Assembly (NCBI RefSeq): GCF_009914755.1
Contig: NC_060926.1
Length of the DNA: 64,000 nt
Direction: 5' to 3' (one strand)
Source of the DNA: the human T2T-CHM13v2.0 reference genome, Homo sapiens
Each line of letters begins with the position of its first letter. The first letter of the stretch is position 1. This document shows positions 1 through 12,895 of this stretch, piece after piece. The notes below the pieces were generated by a model. It was not told where the DNA came from and ran no database searches. It saw nothing but the letters and a program-made list of their open reading frames with translations. Both the position numbers and the translations under genes were made by a program.

Positions 1-249
1 ATTGCCTCCACAGAGATCAGTATTGAGAGCATTTCCTTATGGGAAATTTCTTGAAGTGTAAATACTACAGCTCTAATGGCTCTCCCTGTTGGCAGAGGCA
101 GTTCACATTCTCCCAGTGCTGCAGGTTCAGAATATTGCAGCGTCCCTCCTTCCTGGACACTCAAGCTGTCACTACCACCCGTGTCTTCCTCTTCAGGGCC
201 CTTCTTACTTGTGTTCTGCACACAACTATTGCATCAGACCTGGGCAGGT

Positions 250-830
250 CTGGCAACATCCAATCAGTTTCCTGCTCCCACATTCTCCCGATGCCAATCC
301 TGGTGCACTGGACTTGTTCCTTGATCATACTGCAACACCAGTTTTATCATGGAGCTTCCCTTCTCATAATGCAGTGCTTCCTACCAACTGCTGGACAGTC
401 TAGACACCTCTGCCTCCCCTGGGTCCTCTAGCCTAGGCTTAACCTTGTTTCTAGGCATTTTCTCCTGTGCGAACCTTTTCATATGAGCACAGCTGGTTGC
501 CCAAACCTCCTCATGTCCCCTCTCCCTTTCCCAACTTTGCACATATTTCTCATTTGTGAAAGGTGCTTTCTTAACCAGCCCGAGTCTAGTTGAATCCCAC
601 TTTTTCTCTGAAGCTTATCCTGTTCAATCTAGCTTGAAATGTCCTCCTCCTATCATGGATGATATTTCTCTGCAGCTCTCGCTTGAGTGTATTACAAGCT
701 GTCTTATGTTACAGTTATTTTTCAATCTTATCACCTCCATTGGATTATAAGCTTTCATTTCTCTTATCCCAAACAGTGTTCAGCCCAGCCATTCTTTTTG
801 CACAATACATTCTTAATGATGTTTGCTTGA
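250..830 (+). mobile_element. Ancient L2 LINE 3' fragment
   Basis: Degenerate L2-type phrases (catccaatcagt, tactgcaaca, attggattataagct, ttaatgatgtttgcttga); boundaries approximate. Confidence 0.55.
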
Positions 831-886
831 AGTCATTCATAAAGCATCCTGTTTGTTTTAAATGAAAGCTGGGTGGAGAAGTTTAC

Positions 887-1280
<394 letters not shown>

Positions 1281-1589
1281 TTGAAGTGCAAGTCCATCTA
1301 CTTCTGGAAAATAGATTTTTTGACAAGAATAAAAGTATTTTTGATATGATTCACCAAAATATTAGTATCTGAACTCTTAGAAAAGTGGGCTCAACATGTG
1401 TGCCCTCAGGAAGCCTTGCTCAGGTGATTTCGCCATGCCCTCTTCTACACTTGAACAGAGGAGAACTCGCCAAGGTCTAACATAATTATTACACATTTAC
1501 CCTTGTCCCACAATCCTGCTTCTAAGAACCTATTCCAACAATACACTAGCCAAAACAAAAACGATAATAATTGTAAGGTGCACACACAA

Positions 1590-1920
1590 AACTCCATAGC
1601 CCTCTCCATAAGAATACTGGAAACTACCTAAATGTCTGTGGTGGGGAACTGATTGAATAGTCCATGGTATAATTATACTGGTTACTGTCTTAGCTGTTCC
1701 CATGTTCTTAGCAGCATTGTTCACAAGCGCCAAAAGGAGTAAGCAACACAAATATCCATTGGTCGATGAATGGATAAACACAATGTGGTGTGTAGAGACA
1801 CATACACACAGACACTGGAATATTAACCCTTAAAAAGAGGGAACTGTTATTTGCGATGGGGATGAATCTGGAGGATATTATACTAAGTGAAATCAGTCAC
1901 CAAAAACACAAGACAATACC
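1590..1920 (+). mobile_element. Old L1 (L1M) 3' end fragments
   Basis: catgttcttagcagcattgttcaca, tccattggtcgatgaatggataaac, gatgaatctggaggatattatactaagtgaaat are L1 3' motifs. Confidence 0.8.
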
Positions 1921-2486
1921 TACTTTGGGGTATATTTGTGAAGAATGAAAATGGAAGCTCATCTACCTAATAGTCTGGTAAGTGCTACATAAGCTTAAGG
2001 GTTTTACTACTTACGGTAAGTAGTTTTGAGTCTACTTCTGAAGCAACTGGTATAGGACTCCACCTAGTCAATGCAGGCAGCAGGTCGGCCGGTCCTGGGC
2101 AGTTGTGGTGCCGGCTGAGAGGCCAGTGTATGGGGAAGACCATCTCGCCATAGCCGTCTGCCTGTGGGAGCTTGTGAGGACTCAGGAACCTTCTGGGAGG
2201 GATGCGGGAGGGGGATTGCCACCCCTTTTCCTATCCTGGGACTTCCAGCCAAAGTGCGAGTCCCTTAGCAGAGCCAGGAAGAGTCCCAGATAAACATTCA
2301 TCAAATCCGGCCAGCTCTTCTGCCACCAATAGGGTCTCCCCAAAGACCTCCCTCTGCAAACTGTCCCCAAAAGCCCCCTTGACATGACCTCTCAAGCATC
2401 CCCACTTGTGGGGAGTGAGCAGGGCACAGACAGGGCTCTCCCCAGCCTGGCTCCAGGCTTTGCTTCCTCCCTCCCAGGCCAGGACG

Positions 2487-2636
2487 CTTAAACCAGGTGC
2501 ATTAGAATCACCTGCAGAACTTTAATACCTGCATCCAGGCCCCACCCTCAGGACCCTGACTTCATTGCTCAGGTGTGCAGCCTGAACCTCCAGAGCCATA
2601 AAAGCTCCCAGGTGATACTCATGAGCAGCCAGGGTG
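2487..2636. mobile_element. MER5A-like hAT-Charlie DNA transposon
   Basis: tgcattagaatcacctg...aggccccaccc...aagctcccaggtgat pattern. Confidence 0.75.
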
Positions 2637-2836
2637 CTTGCTCTTCTAAGACCTCAGACTTAGGGCTTCCACTCTCTAGGCCTCTGGTCCCTCATTTGTA
2701 AAATGAGCATTTGGTCGTAAGTGTTCTGGAAGCCCGAGGTAATTTATAAGTTGATTGCATTCAGTAAATATTAACTACTGGATGTGGGGCCCTGGCTTAG
2801 GACTGGGGAAGATGCAAACATAAATAAGCTTTATTT

Positions 2837-3113
<277 letters not shown>

Positions 3114-4014
3114 ATAAATAAGCTTTATTCTTTGCCCTATGCACACGTGTGTATATGTGCACACACACTCTTTTCCTTCTGAAAAAAAAAAAAAAAAACC
3201 ACCACTGTTTATGAAGCATTAGCTTCCAGAATGTGAAGCCAACCAGACAGAACTGAAGAGGGCAAATAAACAAGAGAGGGCATCCTGTGCCAAGGCATAG
3301 CCTTGTATCTGGTACAAAAATTTGGGTGCAGGCAGGCCTGAAGGCTTCCCAGACATACCTGGTGAGCACAGGGCACTGACCCTGTTACCACCTTGTCCAT
3401 TGCCCAGGGGCTAAGTAGGTGTTGTGGACAGTAGCTGACAGTGCAATCTCCAGAAACCATTATGAAATGACAAATGACCACAGCCTGCTCCCTGTTACCA
3501 TTTATATCCACCTTGCTGACAATGGGAATTTTCTATCCCATGGGCTGGCTGGAGAAAGGGCCCTTCTCTTCAACTCTTCGTGCTGTAAGATTGAAACTCC
3601 ATCTAAGAAATAACCCCTTATGCCCAGCACCTGCCAGGGAAGGGAGCAGCAGACTTGGTTCCCCAGGGCTGGTTCCTTTGGTGGCAGGGAGTGGGCCTAG
3701 GAAGGGGGTGGACTGCTCAGGGGGTGCGAGTGCACAGTGACAAATGTGAGGCTGCGCCTGCAGCCAGGCAACAGCAGGCATGGGCTTTGAGGAAGCATGA
3801 GATCATTCCGAGGAGGAGAAGGGTGCACAGAGCCAAGAAGATGTCCCCAGCCTGCCTCCTCTGGTGGAGATAACTTCACTCATCCTGAGGCTATGATGGC
3901 TGGAGAGCCAGCTGCCTTGAGGAGCCAGCCGGGGATTCTGCTCAGGAGAGCCACTGAGGATAAGTCAGCCATGGGTCCTTCTAGGGAAGTTGTGGGGGAA
4001 ACAGTGGCTGGAGA

Positions 4015-4180
4015 CAGGGTCAGCTTCATGGGTGTGCAACTGGTGCATCTGCATAGGGCCCTGCCCTCAAAAGGGGCCCATACTCTGCTGTCGCTGTCTT
4101 GAAGTTCTTAATAGTTTTTGAACAAAGGACCTCCCATTTTCTTTTTGCAGCAAGCCTTGCAAATTATGCAGCTGGTCCTT
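4015..4180 (+). mobile_element. MER45A-like hAT-Tip100 DNA transposon
   Basis: cagggtcagcttcatgggtgtgc...tttttgaacaaagg...gcaaattatgcagctggtcc; degenerate 8-bp TSD gctggaga/gctggtgg. Confidence 0.75.
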
Positions 4181-4221
4181 GCTGGTGGCTATAGTAGGCT
4201 GAGGAAAGTCTGATTTAGAAT

Positions 4222-4358
4222 CATGGTCCTCAGCCCTGGCTGCTCATGGAAATCACCCAGGACACTTCAAAACTACAGGCAGCCGGCCTTCTCACCCAAC
4301 CCCAGAATGAAGACAGGCACCCTCCCTGGTGATTCTCACGCACAGCCAGGCTGGAGAA
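4222..4358. mobile_element. MER5-like DNA transposon fragment
   Basis: tggtcctcagccctggctgctcatggaaatcacc...ccctggtgattctcacgcacagccaggctggagaa. Confidence 0.6.
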
Positions 4359-5171
4359 AGTGGATTTCGAGGAATGATGCTCCCTTGCTCGTGGCCTGTA
4401 AGAAGCCCTGGCTGAGCTGTGGCACCCGCTCCTGAAGAGGCCTCACTATGCAGTCTGGCATCATGGAGCCCACTATGCTGTCCTAAAGGCCTCTCCCCTG
4501 TCTCCTGGAGACCACACAGACCTGAAGGTTGGGACTAGATCTTATTCATATTTGCACCAGTCACACAGCTGGTGCTCAAGAAACTTATTTTCCCTCTAAC
4601 TTGTTTGAACTAAACAACAACATGACCTCCGCATTTTTATCATTGCCTCCTTAAATTGTGGGGCTAAAACACCCCATGACTCACTAGCACAAACTGCTCC
4701 TACTAGCCAGAGGAGTGTGGATGCTAAAGAAGGACTTCTCATCTCTGGCTGATATTCCTCTGCTACTCCTGAGCTCCAGCTACTACTTGAGAATTGCACT
4801 TCCACTACAGCTCCTTCAAAGGCTAATTGCCTTATCAGATATTTCAGTTGTCCTGTTGTTTCTCAGAAACTTTTAAAATAGTTTAATTTTGAAATATCTA
4901 TTGTTTTCACGTGTGTGAAGTGCACTGTGTTTTGCCCGTGCATTCTGCTAAGTCCTTCTGTGTTTATTTTTGCAGAAGGCATTAGAGATGAGGAGCCTGC
5001 TGTTCTCGTGCAGCACATAACCCAGGTGGAAACAGATTACATTAGGGCCATGACAGGTGGTGGTAGGTCAAGGGGTGATGGAGACTTTCCGAGATTCCAG
5101 CAGTGCCAAAGGATTTGAAGGTAGTAGAGGGTAGGTCCTGTTTTATTATAAGTTGTTATGTCCCATTTGGT

Positions 5172-5220
5172 TAGAATACTCTAGAAAAGCAGAAAACCAT
5201 TTCTAGAATATTCTAGAAAA
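5172..5220. promoter_or_regulatory. Candidate heat-shock element (HSF) array
   Basis: 5200-5219 tTTCt aGAAt aTTCt aGAAa is a perfect palindrome of four inverted nGAAn units; 5173-5187 is a second three-unit copy with one mismatch. Confidence 0.55.
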
Positions 5221-5782
5221 ACGTTTGAGTCCTGAGACCTCTTTACACACTTACAAATTATTGAGGCCTCTAAAGAACTTTATGTGGATTATATCCATCA
5301 ATATTTACTGTAACAAATATTCATATTTGTATATTATGTATATTTATATTTGACTATGTTTATAGTCATAATATTCATGTATATTTATATATCTATGTTT
5401 ATGAATATATGTGTATATATTTAAAATAAATGTATTATATGTTAAAGTAAATGATTAATTTTTATCAAAAATAACTATTTTCCAAAACAAAAATTTAGTG
5501 AGAAGTATGGCATTGTTTTACATTTTGCCCATCTCTTCAATGTCTGGGTTACTAGAGGCTGAATTCTCATACCTGTTCCACAGTCAACCTGCTGAATATC
5601 GCATGTCATGTAGCCTCTGGACAACTCCACTGTACACTTTTGAGAAAATGAGAGTAAAAAAGGCAAATAACATCTTAGTATTTCCCCAAACACTACCCAA
5701 TCAGAGAGCAGAGAATACCGTTTTGACCTGATGGACCCCCTGAAAAGGTCTTGGGGTGTCCCCGGTGTAAGAACCACTTTCT
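5221..5782. mobile_element. MER119-like hAT-Charlie DNA transposon
   Basis: gacctctttacacacttacaaattattgagg, tttagtgagaagtatggcattgttttacattttg, ttttgacctgatggaccccctgaaaaggtctt. Confidence 0.7.
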
Positions 5783-6175
5783 GGATGTCTGTGTCTGGCA
5801 TGTGATTTGGCAGCCGGGGCTCTGAAAGACAGGGAGGAGTCGGGGAGAGCCAGGCCTGGTGATCAGGAGACAGGGCTGTGGACCCAGCTCCCTCAACTCC
5901 ACAGCTGTAACACGGAGCACGTCCCTTCCCATCTCTGATCTCTCTGCATCTTAGTTTCCTCATCTGTAAATTGATGACACTGAGCTACACCAAAGGATTT
6001 CACCCAAGCTAAATAACAGAACCACCTGGAGAGCTGTGGGAATGTCCAAAAGCCAGGCCTCGCTCCAGAACGATGGTATCAGGATATCGGAATGTGAAGC
6101 TGGGTGTATCTGAAAAACTCCTCATGTGGCACATCGAAAGGTCACAGGTGCCAACCTAAAGGCGTCCCCAGACAT

Positions 6176-6940
6176 CAAAGCTGGAACAATTTGAGCAACA
6201 AAATAATGATAGAACGGATAACCCACAGGGTACAGGAAATATTCATAAGTTCATAGTAACAAAAAATTAAATATATAGTAAATGGGGAGAAGGAGACACT
6301 CTTCCTTACAGTAGCATTCCAATTAATAAATGTTGAAAAATGATGGAGATAGCAAGCCACCATTTGGCAAACACCACAGTAATAATTGTTGCAGACACAA
6401 ATCATTGATGGATACTGAATTGAGTAAAAATATATGAGAAACGTGATACGTGCATAGCCTTGCAGTATCTCCCCAGGAGCTAGCATTAATTACAAAGGGA
6501 AAAATAAAACTTTACAGAGAAGAAGTCTAGCAAACACCATCTTAAGTGATCAAGGCCAACACCACCAGGCCTAAGAGATATTGATGTCAGGTACTCCCTG
6601 AGAAAGACACAACATTATTCTTGCAAAAAATACGTAATCTGATCCTGAGAAAACCTCAGACCACCTAAAGTGAGAGACATTTACAAATCAGCAGGCCAGC
6701 CCTCTTTGAAAGTGTCAAGGTCAAGAAAGACAAAGGCTGAGGAATTGTTGTCGATGGGGGAGACTAAAGAGACATGACAACTACCTGGAATGTGGGATCC
6801 TGAACTGGATCCTGGCGAAATGTGAATATGTTCTGTCGATAAGTTAATCATATTGTGTCAGCGTTAATTTCTCGGGCTTGGTAACTGTACTCTGGCTATG
6901 TAAGATGGCAGCATTTAGGGGAGCTGAGTGAAGTGTACAC
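6176..6940 (+). mobile_element. L1MC-type (L1MC4/5-like) 3' UTR fragment
   Basis: aaagctggaacaatttgagcaacaaaataa, caccatttggcaaacaccacagtaataattg, aaagtgtcaaggtca, gagactaaagagacatgacaact. Confidence 0.85.
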
Positions 6941-6941
6941 T

Positions 6942-7050
6942 CCTGCCTCAAGATTCTTTGCTCTGTGGTTCCTTCTGCTGGGGGCACTCTTTTCCCAGAT
7001 ATTCATGCGGTTTGTTTTTTCATTCTCTTTCTGTCTTTACTCAGATATGC
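6942..7050 (+). mobile_element. L2 fragment
   Basis: cctgcctcaagattctttgctctgtggttccttctgctggggcactcttttcccagatatt resembles the L2 3' region. Confidence 0.6.
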
Positions 7051-7551
7051 TGAGGCATGAGATGCCATCAATTTTTCCACCAAGGGAGAATGTCATTAAA
7101 CCAAGCTCTGTGCTCCCCATTCACTTTTCAGAAGCATCCCACAAACTTCCCATTGAGAAGGAGAAGGAAAATATCAAGCAGGGGAGGGGCCGGGCTAGTG
7201 CTTCATGGTTCTTGGCCAGATGAAAAGAAGGTCAGGGGATATAAGCCATGAGAGGGGCTTGCAAATATCCAAATGGGGGTGGTGGTAGGCAGACAAAACG
7301 CAGCTTCTATCCACCATACCTCTGGCCCAGGGCCCAGGGCCAGAGTCACGCCTGGTCAGGGATGGCCAATAGCACCCTTCACCCTCAGCTCACCACTGGG
7401 AACCAGATGTTTCCAGGCTCTCCCTGATCAGAGGACAGGGCACACAGACCAATTTGTACCCCAAATTGTCCTGTTTGGGATGCACATCTGCTGTAATGAT
7501 GGGAGGAGGTCAGACCCTGCCAAAGAATTTTACAGAAAACTAATGAAAATC

Positions 7552-7684
7552 GGCTGGGCATGGTGGTCCATGCCTGTAATCCCAGTACTTTGGGACGCCC
7601 AGGCAGGTGGATGGCTTGGGCCCAGGAGTTCGAGACCATTCTGGGCAATATAGCAAGACCCTGTCTCTTAAAAAAAAAAAAAAA
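7552..7684 (+). mobile_element. Free left Alu monomer (FLAM-like)
   Basis: Single Alu left arm ending gcaagaccctgtctctt followed directly by poly(A). Confidence 0.9.
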
Positions 7685-7959
7685 TCCATTATCCTTTTCC
7701 ACCCATTCTTTGATTCAAATCTCATGGCATTCAGTGATGGAGAAAAGCTGGGCCAAGCATATTATGTCCCTTTCTCAGATGTGGAACTTAAGACTTGGTT
7801 AAGTTTTTTCCTAAAATCACATAGGTAGGACGCAATCCCAAGTCAGCTTTTCTGGGGAGCAGCTAAGTCTCTGTACTGTTGCATTTTATCCAAGACCAGT
7901 CATTGTGGCCCATGAGGCAGTGTTTGGGGTTCACTGACACTATACTTGGGCTATGGAGA

Positions 7960-8110
7960 TGTGTGTTTGAATCTAGCTCAGCCACTTAGGAGCTGTGTAA
8001 TCTTGGGCACGGCCCTTAATGTTTTCGGGGTTCATGTTGCCATGATATGGATAACGTATGAGAAAGCGACTTATAAACTGCACAGTATCATGCTTGTTAC
8101 CTATTAGCAT
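7960..8110 (+). mobile_element. MIR SINE fragment
   Basis: gtttgaatctagctcagccacttaggagctgtgtaatcttgggca. Confidence 0.6.
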
Positions 8111-8177
8111 TTGTATAAGGGCAGCAATAAGGGTCACTATTCCACAGCTTGCTATGATGATCAAATGACCACAGTGC

Positions 8178-8850
8178 AAATAATAGCTGCATATATGGAG
8201 TCTTGCTCTACACCAGGCACTGTGCTTTGTACACATGTGAATCATCTTTTTGAGTCCTCCTTATAACTCTATGAGATAGTGTTTGAGTTTTTCTATTGCT
8301 GTGTAGGAAACCTCCAAAGCCCTAGTGACTTCATAACAAGAATCACTCATTATCTCACAGCTCTGTGGGTTGCCAAGGCATTTCTTCTGCCTCCTGTGGT
8401 GCTGGGTGAGCTCTGCTGTGGCCTCAGTCATGTGGCTGGCAGGCAGTGCTGGCCACTGGTTGGGAGCTCAGTGAGGATCTTGGCCAGGGTCCTTGACTCT
8501 CCTCCCCGCAGGCTTTTCCACACGCCTGCTTGGGCTTTCTCATGGCGTGGTGGTTGAATTTTCTAAGAAGGAATATTCCAAAGGATGAGCTCCTATGTGC
8601 AAATGTTCGCCAAACCTCCGTTTGCATCACTTTTGGCCAAAGCTTGTCCCAGAGCCAGCGTGGTTCACTGGAGCTACCGAAGAACAGCCTTCTGCAGATA
8701 GGGACTACTGCTCTCCCCATTTTACAGGTGAGGAAACTGAGGCTTAGAAGGGGTAAGTGACTTGACCAAGGTCACAGAGTTACTAACTGGCAGAGTTCAA
8801 GCTGAGATGGAAAGATTTGGCAGATTTGGCTCCAGGGTCCGTGCTCTCAC
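8178..8850 (-). mobile_element. MIR SINE split by an MLT1 LTR (MIR parts 8178-8279 and 8697-8850)
   Basis: ccaggcactgtgcttt...aactctatgagatag, then gatagg...ccccattttacaggtgaggaaactgaggcttag...gtgacttgaccaaggtcacag. Confidence 0.85.
8280..8696 (-). mobile_element. Old MaLR solo LTR (MLT1 family)
   Basis: TG...CA termini, perfect 5-bp TSD gatag (8275-8279, 8697-8701), tgtttgagtttttctattgctg start typical of reverse MLT1. Confidence 0.85.
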
Positions 8851-9679
8851 CCCTTCAAGTATGGAGTGGTGAGCTGCAAAGGCAATGCTCCCTGCAAAGC
8901 TCCAAAGGTTGCTGCATCCCCTTTCCCAGCCCACCCACCCCAGTAACCCCCCTCCCCACCCTGCCTCCTTGGCCAACTGTGAAGTGCTGCCGCTGAAACG
9001 GTCTTTCTCTCCCACCACACAGTGAGCTTAAGTCCCCTCCCCTCTCCTCCTCTTCAGCTTCCTCCCTATTTCTCCTTGCTCCCTAGAGCCATGAGGTTGT
9101 CCTCCCTGGGGCTGCCTCAAGATGTTCTCAGAGGCCCCTGGGAGCAGAGGTTCAAGTTCAGCCAAGAACAGCTATGGGGCAACCAGGGCATTCTGAGACT
9201 GGACTTTATCCCATGTGGGGTCTCAGCCTTTTGGGTCCCAGGTCCTTTCAGTGGCCCAGAGGAATCATGAGGCCACTGACTCCATCTAGGGACCCCTCTG
9301 GGCTGCTGTGAGTCCTGGGGCATCCCCTGATTTTGCAGCCTAGGCCCTGTGGCTACAGGGGCAGTGGGGGTACTGCCCTCCAGCAGGACAGCCAGCACCA
9401 GACCTGGCTGCACCTCCACCAAACTCCGCGAAAGACCTTGGCCAAGTTGCTTCCCCTGTCTAGAGCTCAAGTGCTCACTGCGTCATGATGGCGGGTGGGC
9501 TGGAGAAGCCTCCTAAGAACCTCTTCTAGACGTTGGGAAGATGAAGGAGGGGTTTGGTTAAAGCTAGCAGGAGAATGTGCAAAACTGGGTGGCTCCAAAG
9601 TGAGGTCTTTTGCTCAGCAGGAGGGGACAGCAAGATATCAAGATGGGCAGATACACTCTGATCAGCATCTCAGCTGTAC

Positions 9680-9985
9680 TTGCTGACTCACTCAGCCAGC
9701 ATCATTGAGTCTCCTCTGTGCCCCGCTGTGGCTGGAGGCCGTGAGGGTGGGCAGTTCTGCAGCAAAGCCACTGAGCTGAGAGTGGTCGGAGGGGAGGAGG
9801 GCACGACCACTTCACATAGGACCTTGCAGGCAGCTGTGAAAAATGTCCACTGCATATTGTATGTCTATTGGAGAGTTGCCACGAGTAATGACATGACCTG
9901 CTTTATGTTTTAAATACAGATCACTCCCATGCTGCATGAAGGGTGGGCTATAGAGGTTAGAGTAGAACGGAGGGATCAGCTCATG
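9680..9985 (-). mobile_element. L2 fragment
   Basis: gagtaatgacatgacctgctttatgttttaaa...agatcactcc and the cacataggaccttgcaggc pattern. Confidence 0.6.
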
Positions 9986-10734
9986 AATTCAGGATAGTTC
10001 CCTGGGCGAAGGCCGCTACTCACCATATAACAGGGAGCACCAGCATCTCACATTCCCTACTTCTCTGCCAAACCTGCTCTGGAATCTCTCCCTTGGATTC
10101 CTTGTTCTGTGGCCTGGTGACTTCACCCTCCTCCCATTCATCCCGCCAGCTGTCGGTAGTGTGTCAAAAACCTGCTGTGTGCAGACCCAGGCAAAGGCAA
10201 GCACTGGGCTCTCAGGCCCCAAACCCTGCCCTTGTGGCCACAGCTGGTCTCCATTCCACCCACTGTTTGCAGATACCCAGAGGATAACATGCTCCTATCT
10301 CTGAAATTCCAGGCAGCCTTGGAGAATTTCAGGGGGAGGAAGTGTCCCACATTTGCAAACTTCCCATTATGGAGCAAGACCTTCAAGGAGGCCATAGGGT
10401 AAGAAATAAAGGTGCCTTCCTTCCCCTCCTTTTCCTTGGGCCACTGAAGATAGAAAGTGAGGAAACGTCCCCTTGCCTTGGAGCCCCTATCTCAGGGTTC
10501 AATGCTCAGCTGACACCATATAATGAGCTCATCCTGGGTGCTGCTTCTCCCCTCGTGTACTCCTGACCACTTACCACCATGACTCAACTTCCAGGGACCA
10601 ACAGCAGCTCTGTCCTGCCTGGTCAGCAAAGCACAAGCCTGAGTTTCCATTTTCAACAGAGATATAAGTTCATTCCTGAGTGTGAGTGGCACCTTCAACG
10701 TCTCCTAAGGCCTTGTCATCTGCACAAGCTCTGG

Positions 10735-10940
10735 GCGAGACCAGTTTGGACTCAACCCCAGTGTCATCATGGGCCCTTGCTTGAGCTTGGGCAGATCTCA
10801 AGGCTGCATAACCTTTCTGAGCTTCAGTTTCCTCAGCTGGAAAATGGAGAAAACACTGAGCTCAGGGCCACTGTACAAAACATAAAATAATGTAAATAAA
10901 ACACATGATTCATGGTAGGTGATCAAAAAATATCACTGCT
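10735..10940 (+). mobile_element. MIR SINE
   Basis: taacctttctgagcttcagtttcctcagctggaaaatgg core. Confidence 0.7.
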
Positions 10941-11299
10941 TGCCCTTACCTTTTGGTAATTGATGTGGGTTCTGGACTTACCATCTTACATTTCAGATAG
11001 GTTTCCTACAATTAAATTTTGGAGTGGATGTATTGTAGAGGTTAGTTTGAATAATACACATGCAGTGGTCTCATTCTGACCATGAGGTGGAATAATTGGT
11101 CCTTACAGAGTGGCCTGAAGTTGTTTTTCCAAACCAGCTCTCTTTGTCATCTCATCCAGAGGTCCCTGTGGAGGGACAGCAAAGGAAGCTACCCAGATTC
11201 TCTGGTCCAACTGGATGGGAAGACACAGACTAGTGGCAGATGAAGGACTTACCTATGTTTGTACATTGAAGAGATGCAGATCTAGGGCTAGAAATCAGG

Positions 11300-11672
<373 letters not shown>

Positions 11673-11961
11673 CAGAACTCAGGTTTTCTGATTCTTGGAC
11701 AGCTTGGTCTCCTGGGCAGCCTTTATCTGGACTTAGAAGAGCAGAACTGATAGAGGCAGGTGAAGTGGGGCTGAGCTCCCTAGCCCAGCCTGATTCTCTG
11801 TGCCAGACCACCCAGATGATCCCCACAAGAGGAAGCTTGGCCCTGAAGTTCTGGCGGGTGACTTATTTCCTGTCCCCTTTATACCTCTCCAAAGAGTTCC
11901 AATTCATTCATTCAACAAGCATGTATGAGTTTCTTCTATAATAAGCAAAATAGTATGCATT

Positions 11962-12333
11962 TGTATTAGTCTGTTCTCATGCTGCTAAGAAAGACATACC
12001 CACCACTGGGTAATTTTAAAGGAGAGAGGTTTAATTGACTCACAGTTCAGCATGGCTAGGGAGGCCTCAGGAAACTTACAGTCCTGGCGGAAGGGGAAGC
12101 AAACACGTCCTTCACAAGGCAGCAGCAAGGAGAAGTGCAGAGCGAAGTGGGGGGAAGGCTCTTTATAAAACCATCAGATCTTGTGAGAACTCATTCACTA
12201 TCACGAGAACAGCATGGAGGTAACTGCCCCCATGATTAAATTACCCCCTACTGGTCCCTCTCATGACATGTGGGGATTATGGAAACTACAATTCGAGATG
12301 AGATTTGGGTGGAGACACAGCCAAACCATATCA
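11962..12333 (-). mobile_element. THE1 (THE1C-like) MaLR solo LTR
   Basis: tgtattagtctgttctcatgctgct...gagatttgggtggagacacagccaaaccatatca; TSD gcatt/gcact. Confidence 0.93.
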
Positions 12334-12476
12334 GCACTGAGTACTTAGAATATGCCAGACTATGCATATATTTCTTATTTAATCAATAGTCTGAGTTAGA
12401 TTATTGTTAGTATTATTTCCCCTATTTTACTGAAGAGGAATAAAGACTCAGAGGGAAGTGATTTGCTAAAGTACAC
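12334..12476 (-). mobile_element. MIR fragment (host of the THE1 insertion)
   Basis: cctattttactgaagaggaataaagactcagagggaagtgatttgctaaagt. Confidence 0.6.
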
Positions 12477-12477
12477 T

Positions 12478-12895
12478 ATGTTGGATGGTGCTGTGTTAAT
12501 TTGGTTAAGCTGGGGGCTATACTCCCAGAATTCTTTTCCCTGTATGGCTCCACGTTATAGGAGCCATATAGAATTGGCCAAACAGCAACTGGTAAGAGAT
12601 TTGGAAGACAGAAGTGAAGCAGAGGCCATTACTCTCTGAAAATTGTCGTGGTTGCATATGGTGTGAAACAGATGCAAACGTGTCTGGCAGGTCCCAGCTT
12701 GTCCTCGCTCTTTTCTGCTTCCCATCTAGCTTGTCACCCTGACTTCTGGCGTTCCTGACTAATAAAGGCTCTAGACCCTCAACCAGAAGATTGACTGTGG
12801 ACCGGCAGAGAAGGTAACTAGATGAAGGCATCAGTTTTCCATAGACCTCTCCATGAACTTCCCCTTTGTTGTCCCACCCCAGTGGCTGGAGAAAT
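12478..12895 (+). mobile_element. MLT2F-like ERVL LTR (partial)
   Basis: tcccagaattcttttccctgtatgg, gagatttggaagacagaagtgaagcag, ccagcttgtcctcgctct, ccatagacctctccatga. Confidence 0.75.

Noticed and set aside
10565-11255. Several minus-strand GTAAGT/GTAAGG donor consensus matches
   Set aside because: No matching acceptors with polypyrimidine tracts define plausible exons
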